DNA from: Desulfobacterales bacterium
GTDB lineage: Bacteria > Desulfobacterota > Desulfobacteria > Desulfobacterales > JAQWFD01
DNA: 64,000 bases
Assembly (NCBI GenBank): GCA_028704555.1
Contig: JAQWFD010000019.1
Location: 880 to 64,879, forward strand
Reading direction: 5' to 3'
In this document: positions 46,775-55,711 of the stretch, one piece after another
Numbering within the stretch: the first letter of the stretch is position 1
Layout of the letters: the number at the start of each line of letters is the position of its first letter
The notes under the pieces: model-generated
The model's database searches: none
Told to the model about the DNA's origin: nothing
The model's input: the letters and a program-made list of their open reading frames with translations, nothing else
Program-made: the position numbers and the translations under genes

Positions 46775-48469
46775 ATGAAGAATCGAAAAAAAATTATTGT
46801 TATCGGCGGATCTGCCGCAGGTCCTAAAGCGGCCGCAAAAGCCCGTCGACTGGATCAGCATGCCGACATCACCATCATCCAGAAAGATACGGATCTTTCC
46901 ATGGCATCATGCGGTTATCCTTATTATGTAAGCGGCGAAGTCAAAGACCGGAAAAGTCTGATATCAACGGCTTACGGTATCATCCGAGACCCTGATTTTT
47001 TTCAAACCTCCAAAGGCATCCAGGCCTTTATCGAAACCGAAGTCTCAGAGATCGACAGAAAAAATCACACCGTCACCTGTAAGAACCTGAAAACCGGTGA
47101 AATAACCCGCTTCGACTATGACAAGCTGATTATCGCCACCGGAGCCCGCGCAAAGTTGCCCCCCATTGCCGGCAACACCCTGCCCGGCATTTCAACGATG
47201 CATTCCATGCCCGATGTGGATTACCTGAAAACCGCCAGGGATCAGGGGGCCATAAAACAGGCGATTGTCATCGGCGGCGGGCTGATCGGCATAGAAGTCT
47301 GCGAAGCCCTCCAGATATCCGGCATCCAGGTAACCGTGGTTGAAATGCTGCCCCAGGTGCTGACATTTCTGGACTGGGAACTTGCCAAACTGGTTGAAAA
47401 CCATGTCCGCAGCAAAACCGCAAAGGTGATTACGGATCTGGCGGTTTCCGAATTTATCGGCAAGGAAAAACTGGAGGCGATAAAACTGAGCGATGGAACT
47501 TCGCTGCCCTGCGAGCTGGCAGTAATCGCCATCGGCGTCAGCCCAAATACAACGCTGGCCCGGAAAGCAGGACTTTCCATCGGAAAATTCGGGGGAATCG
47601 ATGTCAACAAATACATGCAGACCTCCGATCCGGACATTTACGCCATCGGGGACTGCGTTGAGGTCAATAATCGAATTACCGGCAACAAAACCTTTGCCCC
47701 CATGGGTGATCTGGCCAACCTTCAGGGACGCGTCGCCGGCGAGAATGCCGCAGCAGGCAACCGGGTTACCTTTCCGGGAACCATTCAAACCGGTATCTGC
47801 AAGGTATTTGATTTTTCTGCCGGCTCAACCGGGTTATCCGAAACCCGGGCCAGAGCTGCCGGGTTTAACATCATCTCTGTGATAACAGCCGGCCCGGACA
47901 AACCCGCCTTCATGAACGGCAAGCCCCTGGTCACCAAAATGGTCGCAGAGGCGGTTACCGGAAAAGTCCTGGGCGTTCAGTGTGTGGGTCTGGGCGATGT
48001 CAGCAAGCAGATCGGCCAGGCCGCCATGGCCATCCAGGGAAATTTGACCGTAGAGGATCTGTCCAATGCCGACCTGCCATATGCACCACCATTTTCTCTG
48101 GCCATCGACAACCTGATTGCCACCGCCCACAGCCTCGGCAACAAGATGAAAGGCCGGCTGGAGTCGATATCCGCCGTTGAGGTAAAAAGCAGACTCGATA
48201 ACGGGAAAACCCCCTTTATTCTCGATATCCGTGAGCAGCACGAATACGACATGATACATCTTGGCATCGGAGAAAAACTGATCCCCCTCGGCGAAGTCCG
48301 CAGCCGCATGGATGAACTTCCTCAGGATAAGGAAAGAGAAATTATCTGCTACTGCAAGGTATCCCTCCGTGGCTATGAGACATCCCTGTTTCTGAAAGCC
48401 AACGGCTGGAAAAATGTCAAGGTCATGGAAGGCGGAATCCTCGCATGGCCGTTTGCGCTAGAACAGTAG
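46775..48469 (+). CDS. CoA-disulfide reductase family FAD oxidoreductase with a C-terminal rhodanese domain (persulfide-reductase-like)
   Basis: GGSAAGPKAA FAD motif, redox Cys in SMASCGYPYY, second GGGLIG dinucleotide fold, and a rhodanese active-site loop CYCKVSLRG. Confidence 0.85.
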   Translation: MKNRKKIIVIGGSAAGPKAAAKARRLDQHADITIIQKDTDLSMASCGYPYYVSGEVKDRKSLISTAYGIIRDPDFFQTSKGIQAFIETEVSEIDRKNHTVTCKNLKTGEITRFDYDKLIIATGARAKLPPIAGNTLPGISTMHSMPDVDYLKTARDQGAIKQAIVIGGGLIGIEVCEALQISGIQVTVVEMLPQVLTFLDWELAKLVENHVRSKTAKVITDLAVSEFIGKEKLEAIKLSDGTSLPCELAVIAIGVSPNTTLARKAGLSIGKFGGIDVNKYMQTSDPDIYAIGDCVEVNNRITGNKTFAPMGDLANLQGRVAGENAAAGNRVTFPGTIQTGICKVFDFSAGSTGLSETRARAAGFNIISVITAGPDKPAFMNGKPLVTKMVAEAVTGKVLGVQCVGLGDVSKQIGQAAMAIQGNLTVEDLSNADLPYAPPFSLAIDNLIATAHSLGNKMKGRLESISAVEVKSRLDNGKTPFILDIREQHEYDMIHLGIGEKLIPLGEVRSRMDELPQDKEREIICYCKVSLRGYETSLFLKANGWKNVKVMEGGILAWPFALEQ

Positions 48470-48538
48470 AACAGGGTCGGGCCACGCTAAGTAATTGACA
48501 TTGCAAAAAAAATACCTTAAAATCGTCGCTGAATCGAT

Positions 48539-49552
48539 CTTAATCGATCGATTTTACCCTAAAACTGCCCCGTTAAGGAAATCGACGAAAAATGGCTCGC
48601 GCAAAAAGGCACTATATACCCGGCCATATCTGGCATATCACCCACCGCTGCCATAAAAGAGAATTTCTTCTGAAATTCCCAAAAGATCGACGCAGATGGA
48701 TTGAGTGGCTATTCCAGGCAAAGAAAAAATACAGCGGGTTGAGCGTGTTAAATTATATGGTCACATCAAACCATATCCACCTGCTTGTATTTGATAATGG
48801 CGGCCGGAATGTCATCCCGGACTCAATAAAGTTGGTTGCCGGCAGAACCGGCCAGGAATACAATATCCGCAAAAGCAGGAAGGGGGCATTCTGGGAGGAT
48901 CGTTATCATGCTACAGCCGTGGAAAGTAATCGCTATTTAAGGCAATGTATCACTTATATCGATATGAATATGGTTCGTGCCGGCGTGGTAGACCATCCCA
49001 AACAATGGGAGTTTTGTGGATATAATGAAATCCAGAACCCCAGAAAAAGAAAAGGCATTATTGATTTTGATCGTCTGATGAATTTGCTGGCATTTGAAAA
49101 TCATGATGATTTAAAAGCTGCTCACTGCAATTGGGTGGAAAGTGCATTGCAGGCTGACAATAAAGGTAAGGAAAACAAGTGGACACAGAGCATCGCCGTC
49201 GGAAGTAAAACGTTTATCAACTCGATAAAACAAACCCTTGGGTTCAGGGCAAAAGGTAGAAACATAGTTTGTGCTGACGACACCTTTGAACTTCGGGAAG
49301 CTCTGGCGCCATATGGCAAAGCCACTAATCCGGATTCCGGAAACAGGTTTTTATGGGATCAACAGCCCCCATCCTTAATCAGCCAGTTTTGATGACCTTG
49401 TAAAAGTCATATTCAGCCCTCATTTGCCATTCACCTGAAATAATAAATCCAGCTATTTCAGAACGTTCTGGATTCCCGCCTACGCGTGAATGACAGGTGT
49501 CGGCACTTTTTACGAATTCATCAGTTTTAGCATAAAAATTGATCGATTAAGG
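48539..49552 (+). mobile_element. RAYT-like unit: a Y1 transposase gene bracketed by about 17-bp inverted repeats
   Basis: Left CTTAATCGATCGATTTT (48539-48555). The right end, 49535-49552, reverse-complements to CCTTAATCGATCAATTTT. Confidence 0.6.
48592..49392 (+). CDS. Y1 (HUH) transposase, IS200-like/REP-associated type, apparently intact
   Basis: HUH motif SNHIHLLV and catalytic Tyr context YIDMNMVRAGV. Confidence 0.85.
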   Translation: MARAKRHYIPGHIWHITHRCHKREFLLKFPKDRRRWIEWLFQAKKKYSGLSVLNYMVTSNHIHLLVFDNGGRNVIPDSIKLVAGRTGQEYNIRKSRKGAFWEDRYHATAVESNRYLRQCITYIDMNMVRAGVVDHPKQWEFCGYNEIQNPRKRKGIIDFDRLMNLLAFENHDDLKAAHCNWVESALQADNKGKENKWTQSIAVGSKTFINSIKQTLGFRAKGRNIVCADDTFELREALAPYGKATNPDSGNRFLWDQQPPSLISQF

Positions 49553-49599
49553 CCGAAATATTGATGTTTTTTGACATCTTTTCTTTGTTTTACAATATG

Positions 49600-50289
49600 T
49601 TACTGTGGCCCGACCCCAAACTTTTTTTCCGCCTTTTTCTTTGCCCATACCCGCATGGAATAATCAAAAAGATCTCTGGCGATTTGCTGAATCTCCGGCG
49701 AGCATTGTGCCGGCCGGTAATCGCAGTTTTCCGCACGGTCTTTCCAGAACGGCGGCAGTTTGTCTATTCGGCTGACCATGCCGCCGCTTTCATCCGGCGT
49801 GATATAATACATCTTTTTTATACCTGAATTAATAATCCGTGTCAGGCACATGGGGCAGGGTTCCACGGAACTGATCAGCACCAGGTTTTCACAATTGCGG
49901 GGATTTTCCGCGGAATCGGAGCCGCCTTTTTTCCTCATCCAGTCTTCGTAACGGTCCAGCAGGTCCATTTCCGCGTGAAGATCGCTTCTGAAATACGGTA
50001 CATACTGGCGGTTTCTTCCCCGTGCGATAACTTCGCCGGTTTTTTCATTGATCAGGCACGCGCCGATACCGCCGGATCCTTCCCTTAATGACGTGATGGC
50101 ATCCCTGACGGCTATAAGGCCGTAGATATCATCCTTGTGTTCGGGATCGGGCTTAAAGGCATCGATGCGGGCCTGGATATCATCCAGTCCGGGGATTACA
50201 ACCGAAGCATCTGCCAGAGGCGCTTGAGACAAAACACATATCAAAAGCAGGAGAAACAGCACAGACCGTAAGCAAAATGAATTTTTCAT
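49600..50289 (-). CDS. CDA-fold zinc deaminase with an N-terminal signal peptide
   Basis: Signal-like MKNSFCLRSVLFLLLLICVLSQAPLADA. Deaminase motifs HAEMDLL and EPCPMC. Confidence 0.8.
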   Translation of the reverse strand: MKNSFCLRSVLFLLLLICVLSQAPLADASVVIPGLDDIQARIDAFKPDPEHKDDIYGLIAVRDAITSLREGSGGIGACLINEKTGEVIARGRNRQYVPYFRSDLHAEMDLLDRYEDWMRKKGGSDSAENPRNCENLVLISSVEPCPMCLTRIINSGIKKMYYITPDESGGMVSRIDKLPPFWKDRAENCDYRPAQCSPEIQQIARDLFDYSMRVWAKKKAEKKFGVGPQ

Positions 50290-50307
50290 TGTTTTTTTCC
50301 TTTTTTC

Positions 50308-51141
50308 CTATACGTCCCAATACACGAGCGCAGACCGGTTACCGACCGGCCAGATATATTTTCCATCTTTTTCTTTCAGGTGAACGTCCAGCAGAGAGAT
50401 CAAAAAATCGTCATGTTCACTGGTGTCCTGAACCCCCAACCGGTTCTTTATTTCATCCAGGGCCTCTTTCTGAGAATCGCTTGCCCAGGGCGTCCATGGT
50501 GCGCCGGTCTCCATAAGAACATTCGGGTAAATATCCATTTGAAGCAGTGCGTTATAGGCTACCTGAAAATTGGGGCTGTCAAAAGGCTGTCCCTGGATAT
50601 GCTGCGTCGCCCTGGCCATGATTGAGTCTGCAAACAATGCCCTCAACAACAGAAAACAGGTTTTTCGGGTAGATGATATCATTTTCCGGATGAACGCCTT
50701 AAAATCCGTATTACAGTACATGGAGTGCGCGGCCAGTACATAGTCATGGGGCGTTACCTCCACATCCGGCCAGCTGCCTTTCACAAGACGGATATTGTCG
50801 ATATTTTCCGTTTCAAGTTTCTTTTTTAATATTCCCCCCATGGCATCAGAGGGCTCAATCGCTGTTACCGCTGCAGCAAACGGTGCCAGAAAAACACTCC
50901 ATGCGCCGGTACCGGCCCCGATATCCAATACGGTGGATCCCGGATTCTCTGCCAGGATTGAGGCCAGAAACTGTCTGCTGGAATCCGGTTTTGCCCACTT
51001 TTCTTTTACCAGACTTTCAAAGTGTGCGGCTTTATGTTTCCAGGAATCCTCTCCCCGGTGTTGTTTTTTCCGGTCAAAAGCCTTGATTTGCGTCTCTGCA
51101 AGCTGTTCCCACAGCCTGAGCCAGTTTGTTACTTTTTCCAT
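50308..51141 (-). CDS. class I SAM-dependent methyltransferase
   Basis: Motif I VLDIGAGTG followed by an acidic post-I residue (AIEPSD). Confidence 0.8.
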   Translation of the reverse strand: MEKVTNWLRLWEQLAETQIKAFDRKKQHRGEDSWKHKAAHFESLVKEKWAKPDSSRQFLASILAENPGSTVLDIGAGTGAWSVFLAPFAAAVTAIEPSDAMGGILKKKLETENIDNIRLVKGSWPDVEVTPHDYVLAAHSMYCNTDFKAFIRKMISSTRKTCFLLLRALFADSIMARATQHIQGQPFDSPNFQVAYNALLQMDIYPNVLMETGAPWTPWASDSQKEALDEIKNRLGVQDTSEHDDFLISLLDVHLKEKDGKYIWPVGNRSALVYWDV

Positions 51142-51207
51142 TTTTACTCCTTTAGACTGCCCTTATTTATATGGCCAGTATCACCGGTCCCCGCCGCCGG
51201 GTCTGTA

Positions 51208-51447
51208 TTACCTCGATGTGTTCTTCATATGTGGCGGACAGGTTTTTTCCCGTATGTCCTGAAAACCCGCCACAACCATACGCCGGGGAGGATTCTTCAA
51301 TAAAATGGTTCTGCCGGCGGCATCCACGATCGATATCGGATGTGAAGATACGGCTGAAGCGCGGTACATGGGAAAACAAATCATCCATACCAGCAGAATC
51401 GGTATAATCCGTGCCTGAATGCCCGCTTTATATTTCATGGCGGCCAC
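51208..51447 (-). pseudogene. N-terminal fragment of a Peripla_BP_2 (BtuF/FecB-like) binding protein
   Basis: 79-aa ORF with a signal peptide plus ISIVDAAGRTILLKNPPRRMVV, typical of the first strand region of this family. Terminates after about 60 mature residues. Confidence 0.45.
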
Positions 51448-52267
51448 ATTCGCTATCGGATGAATTCCGGAGTATGGGAATGCAGACTTTTCTGTCTATG
51501 CCGGCTTTCACCTGCATGATCTTAATCTTTACCCCATAGACTTTTTCCATGTTGATATCCGTCATGACTTCATCCGGTGTTCCCAGGGCCATAATCCGCC
51601 GGTTTTTTAACAAAACTACCTGGTCGGCACATAAAAAGGCATGATCGGGAAAATGGGTTGCCATGATAATGGCCATACCGTCCCGGGCCAGCTGGGTGAT
51701 GACTTCGAGAATTTTTATCTGGTTTCCAAGATCAAGATGGGACGTAGGTTCATCCAGCAGCATAATGCCGGGCCTCTGGCTCAGGGCCCGGGCGATTAGT
51801 ACCAGCTGCCATTCTCCGCCGCTGATGCCGGTGCACGTGCGGTCGGCCAGATGGAAAATCCCGATTTTTTTCATGGCAGTTTCGGCAACTTCCATGTCTT
51901 CTTCGGAAGGAGAGGAAAATATACTGATATGCGTTGCCCGTCCCATGACGACGATATCCCGGACAGGAAGGGGAAATGCCGATGACAGCGACTGGGGCAC
52001 ATACCCGAGATTTACGGCAATATCCGATGGCGCCAGCCTGGAGATGTTTTCTCCATTTACAGTGATCCTGCCGGTATGAATTTTAAGAATGTTGTTCAGG
52101 CATTTTAATATGGTGGATTTGCCCGTGCCGTTTGGACCCAACAGGCAGAGAATCTGTCCGGCATTCACACAGAAGTCGACATTTTCAAAAACCTGTTCTT
52201 TTTTCGGACCAAAATATCCGAAACCGGCATTTTCAATTTTGATTTGTGTCCGGTTCATAGAAATCAC
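51428..52267 (-). CDS. iron-chelate/cobalamin-type ABC transporter ATP-binding protein
   Basis: Walker A GPNGTGKST, signature SGGEWQ, Walker B MLLDEPTSHLD. Confidence 0.9.
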   Translation of the reverse strand: MISMNRTQIKIENAGFGYFGPKKEQVFENVDFCVNAGQILCLLGPNGTGKSTILKCLNNILKIHTGRITVNGENISRLAPSDIAVNLGYVPQSLSSAFPLPVRDIVVMGRATHISIFSSPSEEDMEVAETAMKKIGIFHLADRTCTGISGGEWQLVLIARALSQRPGIMLLDEPTSHLDLGNQIKILEVITQLARDGMAIIMATHFPDHAFLCADQVVLLKNRRIMALGTPDEVMTDINMEKVYGVKIKIMQVKAGIDRKVCIPILRNSSDSECGRHEI

Positions 52268-53334
52268 CGTCCGGGCCTGTTTCGTCTGAGCAGATAAGCA
52301 AACACCGGCGCACCGATTATGGCAGTCAGAATACCGATGGGGATTTCAATGACCAGAGCGGTCCGTGCAATGGTATCCACGGATACCAGATAGATGGCCC
52401 CAATCAACATCGATGCCGGCAGAAGATTTTTGTGGTCCGAGCCCACCAGCAGCCTTCCGATATGCGGGATCACGATACCGATCCATCCGATGATGCCGCT
52501 GATGCAGACGGCTGCTGCCGTGATAACCGTTGCGCAGATGATGATCATTGCCTTGAGCAGCTCCGTGTTGACCCCTAACGCACGGGCATCTTCTTCGCCC
52601 ATGGCCAGCAGGTTAATCCGCCACCGGATCAGAAGTAATATAGCGGTACAGATGATAAATGCCGGCGCTACAATAACAAGATCCGGGTTGGCAACATGAT
52701 TCAGAGAACCCAGCAGCCAGAATACAATGGCCGGCATCTTGTTCATGGGATCGGCAATATATTTGATAAAGGACGTCAGCGCGGAAAACAGCGATCCCAC
52801 AACGATGCCGGAAAGTACCAGCATGAGAATCGGTGTTGTTTTATGAATTTTTGACAGGCTATAGGTCAGGCCTACGGACAGTAGCCCGAAGAGAAAGGAT
52901 GAAATCTGTATATAAACAATGTTGTCAAACAGTAAAATGGCAATGGCAGCACCGAAACCCGCGCCGGAGGCAACACCCAGGATGTGGGGACTGACCAGCG
53001 GATTTCTGAAAACGCCTTGAAAAGATGCCCCGGAAACAGAAAGCCCGGCGCCCACCAAAAGGCCGGCAATGACCCTCGGCAACCGGACATCCATAACCAC
53101 ACAATCTAAAGTCTGCGTCCAGGTGGGGTCGATGGGAATAATTCTTGAAAACAGGATTTTCAGCCCTGTCACAAAGGAAATATCCGCTCTTCCCATGGTT
53201 AAAGCATTAAGGATCACGATTACCAGAAGCCCGGAAAGGACGACATTACAAAATTGCGGACTTCTGAAATACGGCGAGCTGCTTTTCGTCGGAGATTCCG
53301 TTGATCGTTTTGAAGGTGACGGCTGCTCAATCAT
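52264..53334 (-). CDS. FecCD/BtuC-family ABC transporter permease
   Basis: About 10 TMs with FecCD-like motifs (RLPRVIAGLLVGAGLSVSGA, GIIGWIGIVIPHI). Confidence 0.9.
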   Translation of the reverse strand: MIEQPSPSKRSTESPTKSSSPYFRSPQFCNVVLSGLLVIVILNALTMGRADISFVTGLKILFSRIIPIDPTWTQTLDCVVMDVRLPRVIAGLLVGAGLSVSGASFQGVFRNPLVSPHILGVASGAGFGAAIAILLFDNIVYIQISSFLFGLLSVGLTYSLSKIHKTTPILMLVLSGIVVGSLFSALTSFIKYIADPMNKMPAIVFWLLGSLNHVANPDLVIVAPAFIICTAILLLIRWRINLLAMGEEDARALGVNTELLKAMIIICATVITAAAVCISGIIGWIGIVIPHIGRLLVGSDHKNLLPASMLIGAIYLVSVDTIARTALVIEIPIGILTAIIGAPVFAYLLRRNRPGR

Positions 53335-53343
53335 AATCGGATT

Positions 53344-54597
53344 TCAGAGCTGTGCCCCTTTCATGATCTTTGCTTCATAATCGCCGGCAAGTATTTTGTG
53401 TACCTGCTCTTCGGTCAGTTCAAAATCAAAAATATCCCGGTAAAAATTTTTTATCTCTTTTTTCAGAGAGATATCGGAGAATCTGTCCGGATAGGCAACG
53501 GCCGCCAGCCACAGCGGATACAGGGCAGCAGATTCAGCGGTGGGCCGGTTGAATATAAACACCCCCGCCGGCTGGCAATAGATCTGTTTGTTTTGAACGG
53601 CGGCAATGGATCGCCACTGGGGATTGCCGGCCAGATCTTCAGGGGAGCCGGAGTTGATGACAATAATATCCGGATTCCACTCAAGCACCTGTTCCATGGA
53701 AACTTCCCCCAATCCGGAATGAAGCCCGGTTTGTTTTCCGGTGGTGGCAACCGATTCGGAACTGTTGATGCACCCGGCAAATTCGATCCGCTCCTGCATG
53801 AAGGTATCCCCGCCCAGGGTGACCAGATGCGTGGGGTTATACCCGTGAAACACCTTTTTTCTCTCATTTTCCGGTATGTCAGCGGTTCGGGCCCGCACCC
53901 GCCGGATGATGGATTTCAGGTGGTCAACATATCGCTCTGCCCGGTCTTCACTGCAAAACACATACCCGTAAAACCGTATCTCTCTGATGACATCATCGAT
54001 TCCCTCCCCCATGCTGTCATCCAGAAAGACTACCGGAATCCGGGTTTTTTTCAATACAATATCCCCGTCAATGTCACCGGCAATTACAATATCGGGCATG
54101 GATTCAATCAGCTCTTCAATATTGATATTGCCGCAAACCGTTCGCGGTCCGGGCAGGTCTTTGATCCCGGGGTCCATTTCCCGGATGAGCCGCGACATTT
54201 TCAATGTATTGGTAACCGCACAAAGCTGATCCTGCACACTCAGAATATAGGCAACCTGGCCGGTGGGCCCCCCCAGAAGCGCAATTTTTTTCAACGGATC
54301 GGGGATCACCACTTCACGGCCCCGCATATCGGTGATCAGGCGGCTTTTTTGTGCAGCCGGTTCAGGTAGCTGAGGAAATGAATTAAACAGCCTCAAACCG
54401 AGTAAAATGAAAAATATGGCACATATTGCTGAAATAAAAATCAATGTGCCGGAGCGCTTTTTTTTTCTGTCAGTTTTATGGTTCATTTTGCCGTTATTGT
54501 TTCTGAAATTTAAGATAAATGTTTTGCGGCATCGGGTCGCAGCCCCTTTGCAATCTTTGCCGATGGTATCCTCATGCGCTTTAATAACATCCTGCAT
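53344..54597 (-). CDS. periplasmic binding protein, Peripla_BP_2 (BtuF/FecB-like)
   Basis: TM/signal segment, ITDMRGREVVIPDPLKKIALLG, and a two-lobe pattern. A more likely start is MNHKTDRKK at 54486. Confidence 0.85.
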   Translation of the reverse strand: MQDVIKAHEDTIGKDCKGAATRCRKTFILNFRNNNGKMNHKTDRKKKRSGTLIFISAICAIFFILLGLRLFNSFPQLPEPAAQKSRLITDMRGREVVIPDPLKKIALLGGPTGQVAYILSVQDQLCAVTNTLKMSRLIREMDPGIKDLPGPRTVCGNINIEELIESMPDIVIAGDIDGDIVLKKTRIPVVFLDDSMGEGIDDVIREIRFYGYVFCSEDRAERYVDHLKSIIRRVRARTADIPENERKKVFHGYNPTHLVTLGGDTFMQERIEFAGCINSSESVATTGKQTGLHSGLGEVSMEQVLEWNPDIIVINSGSPEDLAGNPQWRSIAAVQNKQIYCQPAGVFIFNRPTAESAALYPLWLAAVAYPDRFSDISLKKEIKNFYRDIFDFELTEEQVHKILAGDYEAKIMKGAQL

Positions 54598-54991
54598 AAA
54601 ATGTCATAAAAAGTGATTTTATATTCTTTAGGGTTCTAATTGTCAAAAATAATGTTTTATTAAATGTATTTATCGACAATAAAAGATACAAAATAACCTT
54701 AAATAACCTTTGTCTGATCGTCTTTCAAAGCGTCCCCGCCGCTGTCATTCCCGGGCAAAGGACAGCATAATTTGTCTGTCCCTATTTTATTGTGATTGTG
54801 GAGCCCTCTCCGAGAATCGCAGAAACAACGCACCAGAACTTGACAGGCATCTTATTTCATGAGACGCTGATCATGTCGCCTTTACCTCTTCCAAGGACGA
54901 CACCCAGAAAGGGGACACCAACGATGACTGTTTACGGCCACCGCCGGAGCCGATTGAAAGGGGAAAACCTTCATCAAAAAGCCGAGGTATT

Positions 54992-55111
54992 ATGTCTAAA
55001 TCAGGTGAGTCAAAACGTGATGTCAAGAAAAAACCCCAAAAAACCCTCAAAGAAAAGAAACATGCAAAGATGGAAAAAAAGCACAACAAAATTTTACTTT
55101 CTGAGGGTTAA
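54992..55111 (+). CDS. possible 39-aa lysine-rich small protein
   Basis: GAGG lies 5 nt before the ATG. Sequence is MSKSGESKRDVKKKPQKTLKEKKHAKMEKKHNKILLSEG. Too short for the ORF track. Confidence 0.3.
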   Translation: MSKSGESKRDVKKKPQKTLKEKKHAKMEKKHNKILLSEG

Positions 55112-55236
55112 GGCCGTTGAAAAAATAAAATGCGCACAAAACAATGCCTCCGGCAGAGAGGTGAGCTGCTTCTGAAGCGAATTGCCGGTATCACGCGTTG
55201 TGTATTTATTTTTTCCGTAATTCCTTAACGGCTGTC

Positions 55237-55273
55237 CCGCACCTTGCATCCCCCTCAAGGATGCAAGGTGCGG
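55237..55273. other. perfect 15-bp stem-loop
   Basis: CCGCACCTTGCATCC-CCCTCAA-GGATGCAAGGTGCGG. The following sequence, CACAATTTTGCCTTTC, is only weakly T-rich. Confidence 0.8.
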
Positions 55274-55711
55274 CACAATTTTGCCTTTCTGATAACACCC
55301 TTCTTCTTCTTACATCACCCGTTGTGCCCCTGCGGCAAAATAATTCGTCAAACCGCAGTGGCGTGCGTGGCATTTTTTCCCCACTGTTCACCGTACGTTT
55401 CGCTCGATACGCATTGCAAGCATAATTTACCTGTCCCAATTTCTTTAGTAACCTGGTTACAAAAAATGATGGCGTAAGCAGACGGGAACCTGCTTTTTCC
55501 GGCGCAATCCATGTCAGGGATCCGTCTTGGATTACGGTCCGGATTACGGATTGAAAAACAAAAATACAAAATGAGCCATTAAAATACTGACACACAAGTT
55601 TACATTTCAGATGAATTTATGCTATGAGTTTGCACATAATGTTCAGATCGAATATTACTGATTTTTACCCCAACGGCCATTAAACCCGGGATAAATCGAA
55701 ATGAACACAGA

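Noticed and set aside
54598-55010. Possible cobalamin riboswitch upstream of the BtuF-like binding-protein gene (an AAAGGGGAAAACC-like stretch near 54955).
   Set aside because: The GGGAA-like stretch is on the + strand, which is the wrong strand for the minus-strand operon. I found no B12 box (GCCACTG-type) and no characteristic paired regions on either strand. An Rfam/cmsearch scan would be decisive.
54792-55175. A 127-aa ORF spanning the non-coding gap.
   Set aside because: No RBS, GTG start in the ORF track, and compositionally odd (Pro/Arg/Lys/Thr-rich). It merely reads, in a different frame, across the far more plausible 39-aa Lys-rich ORF.
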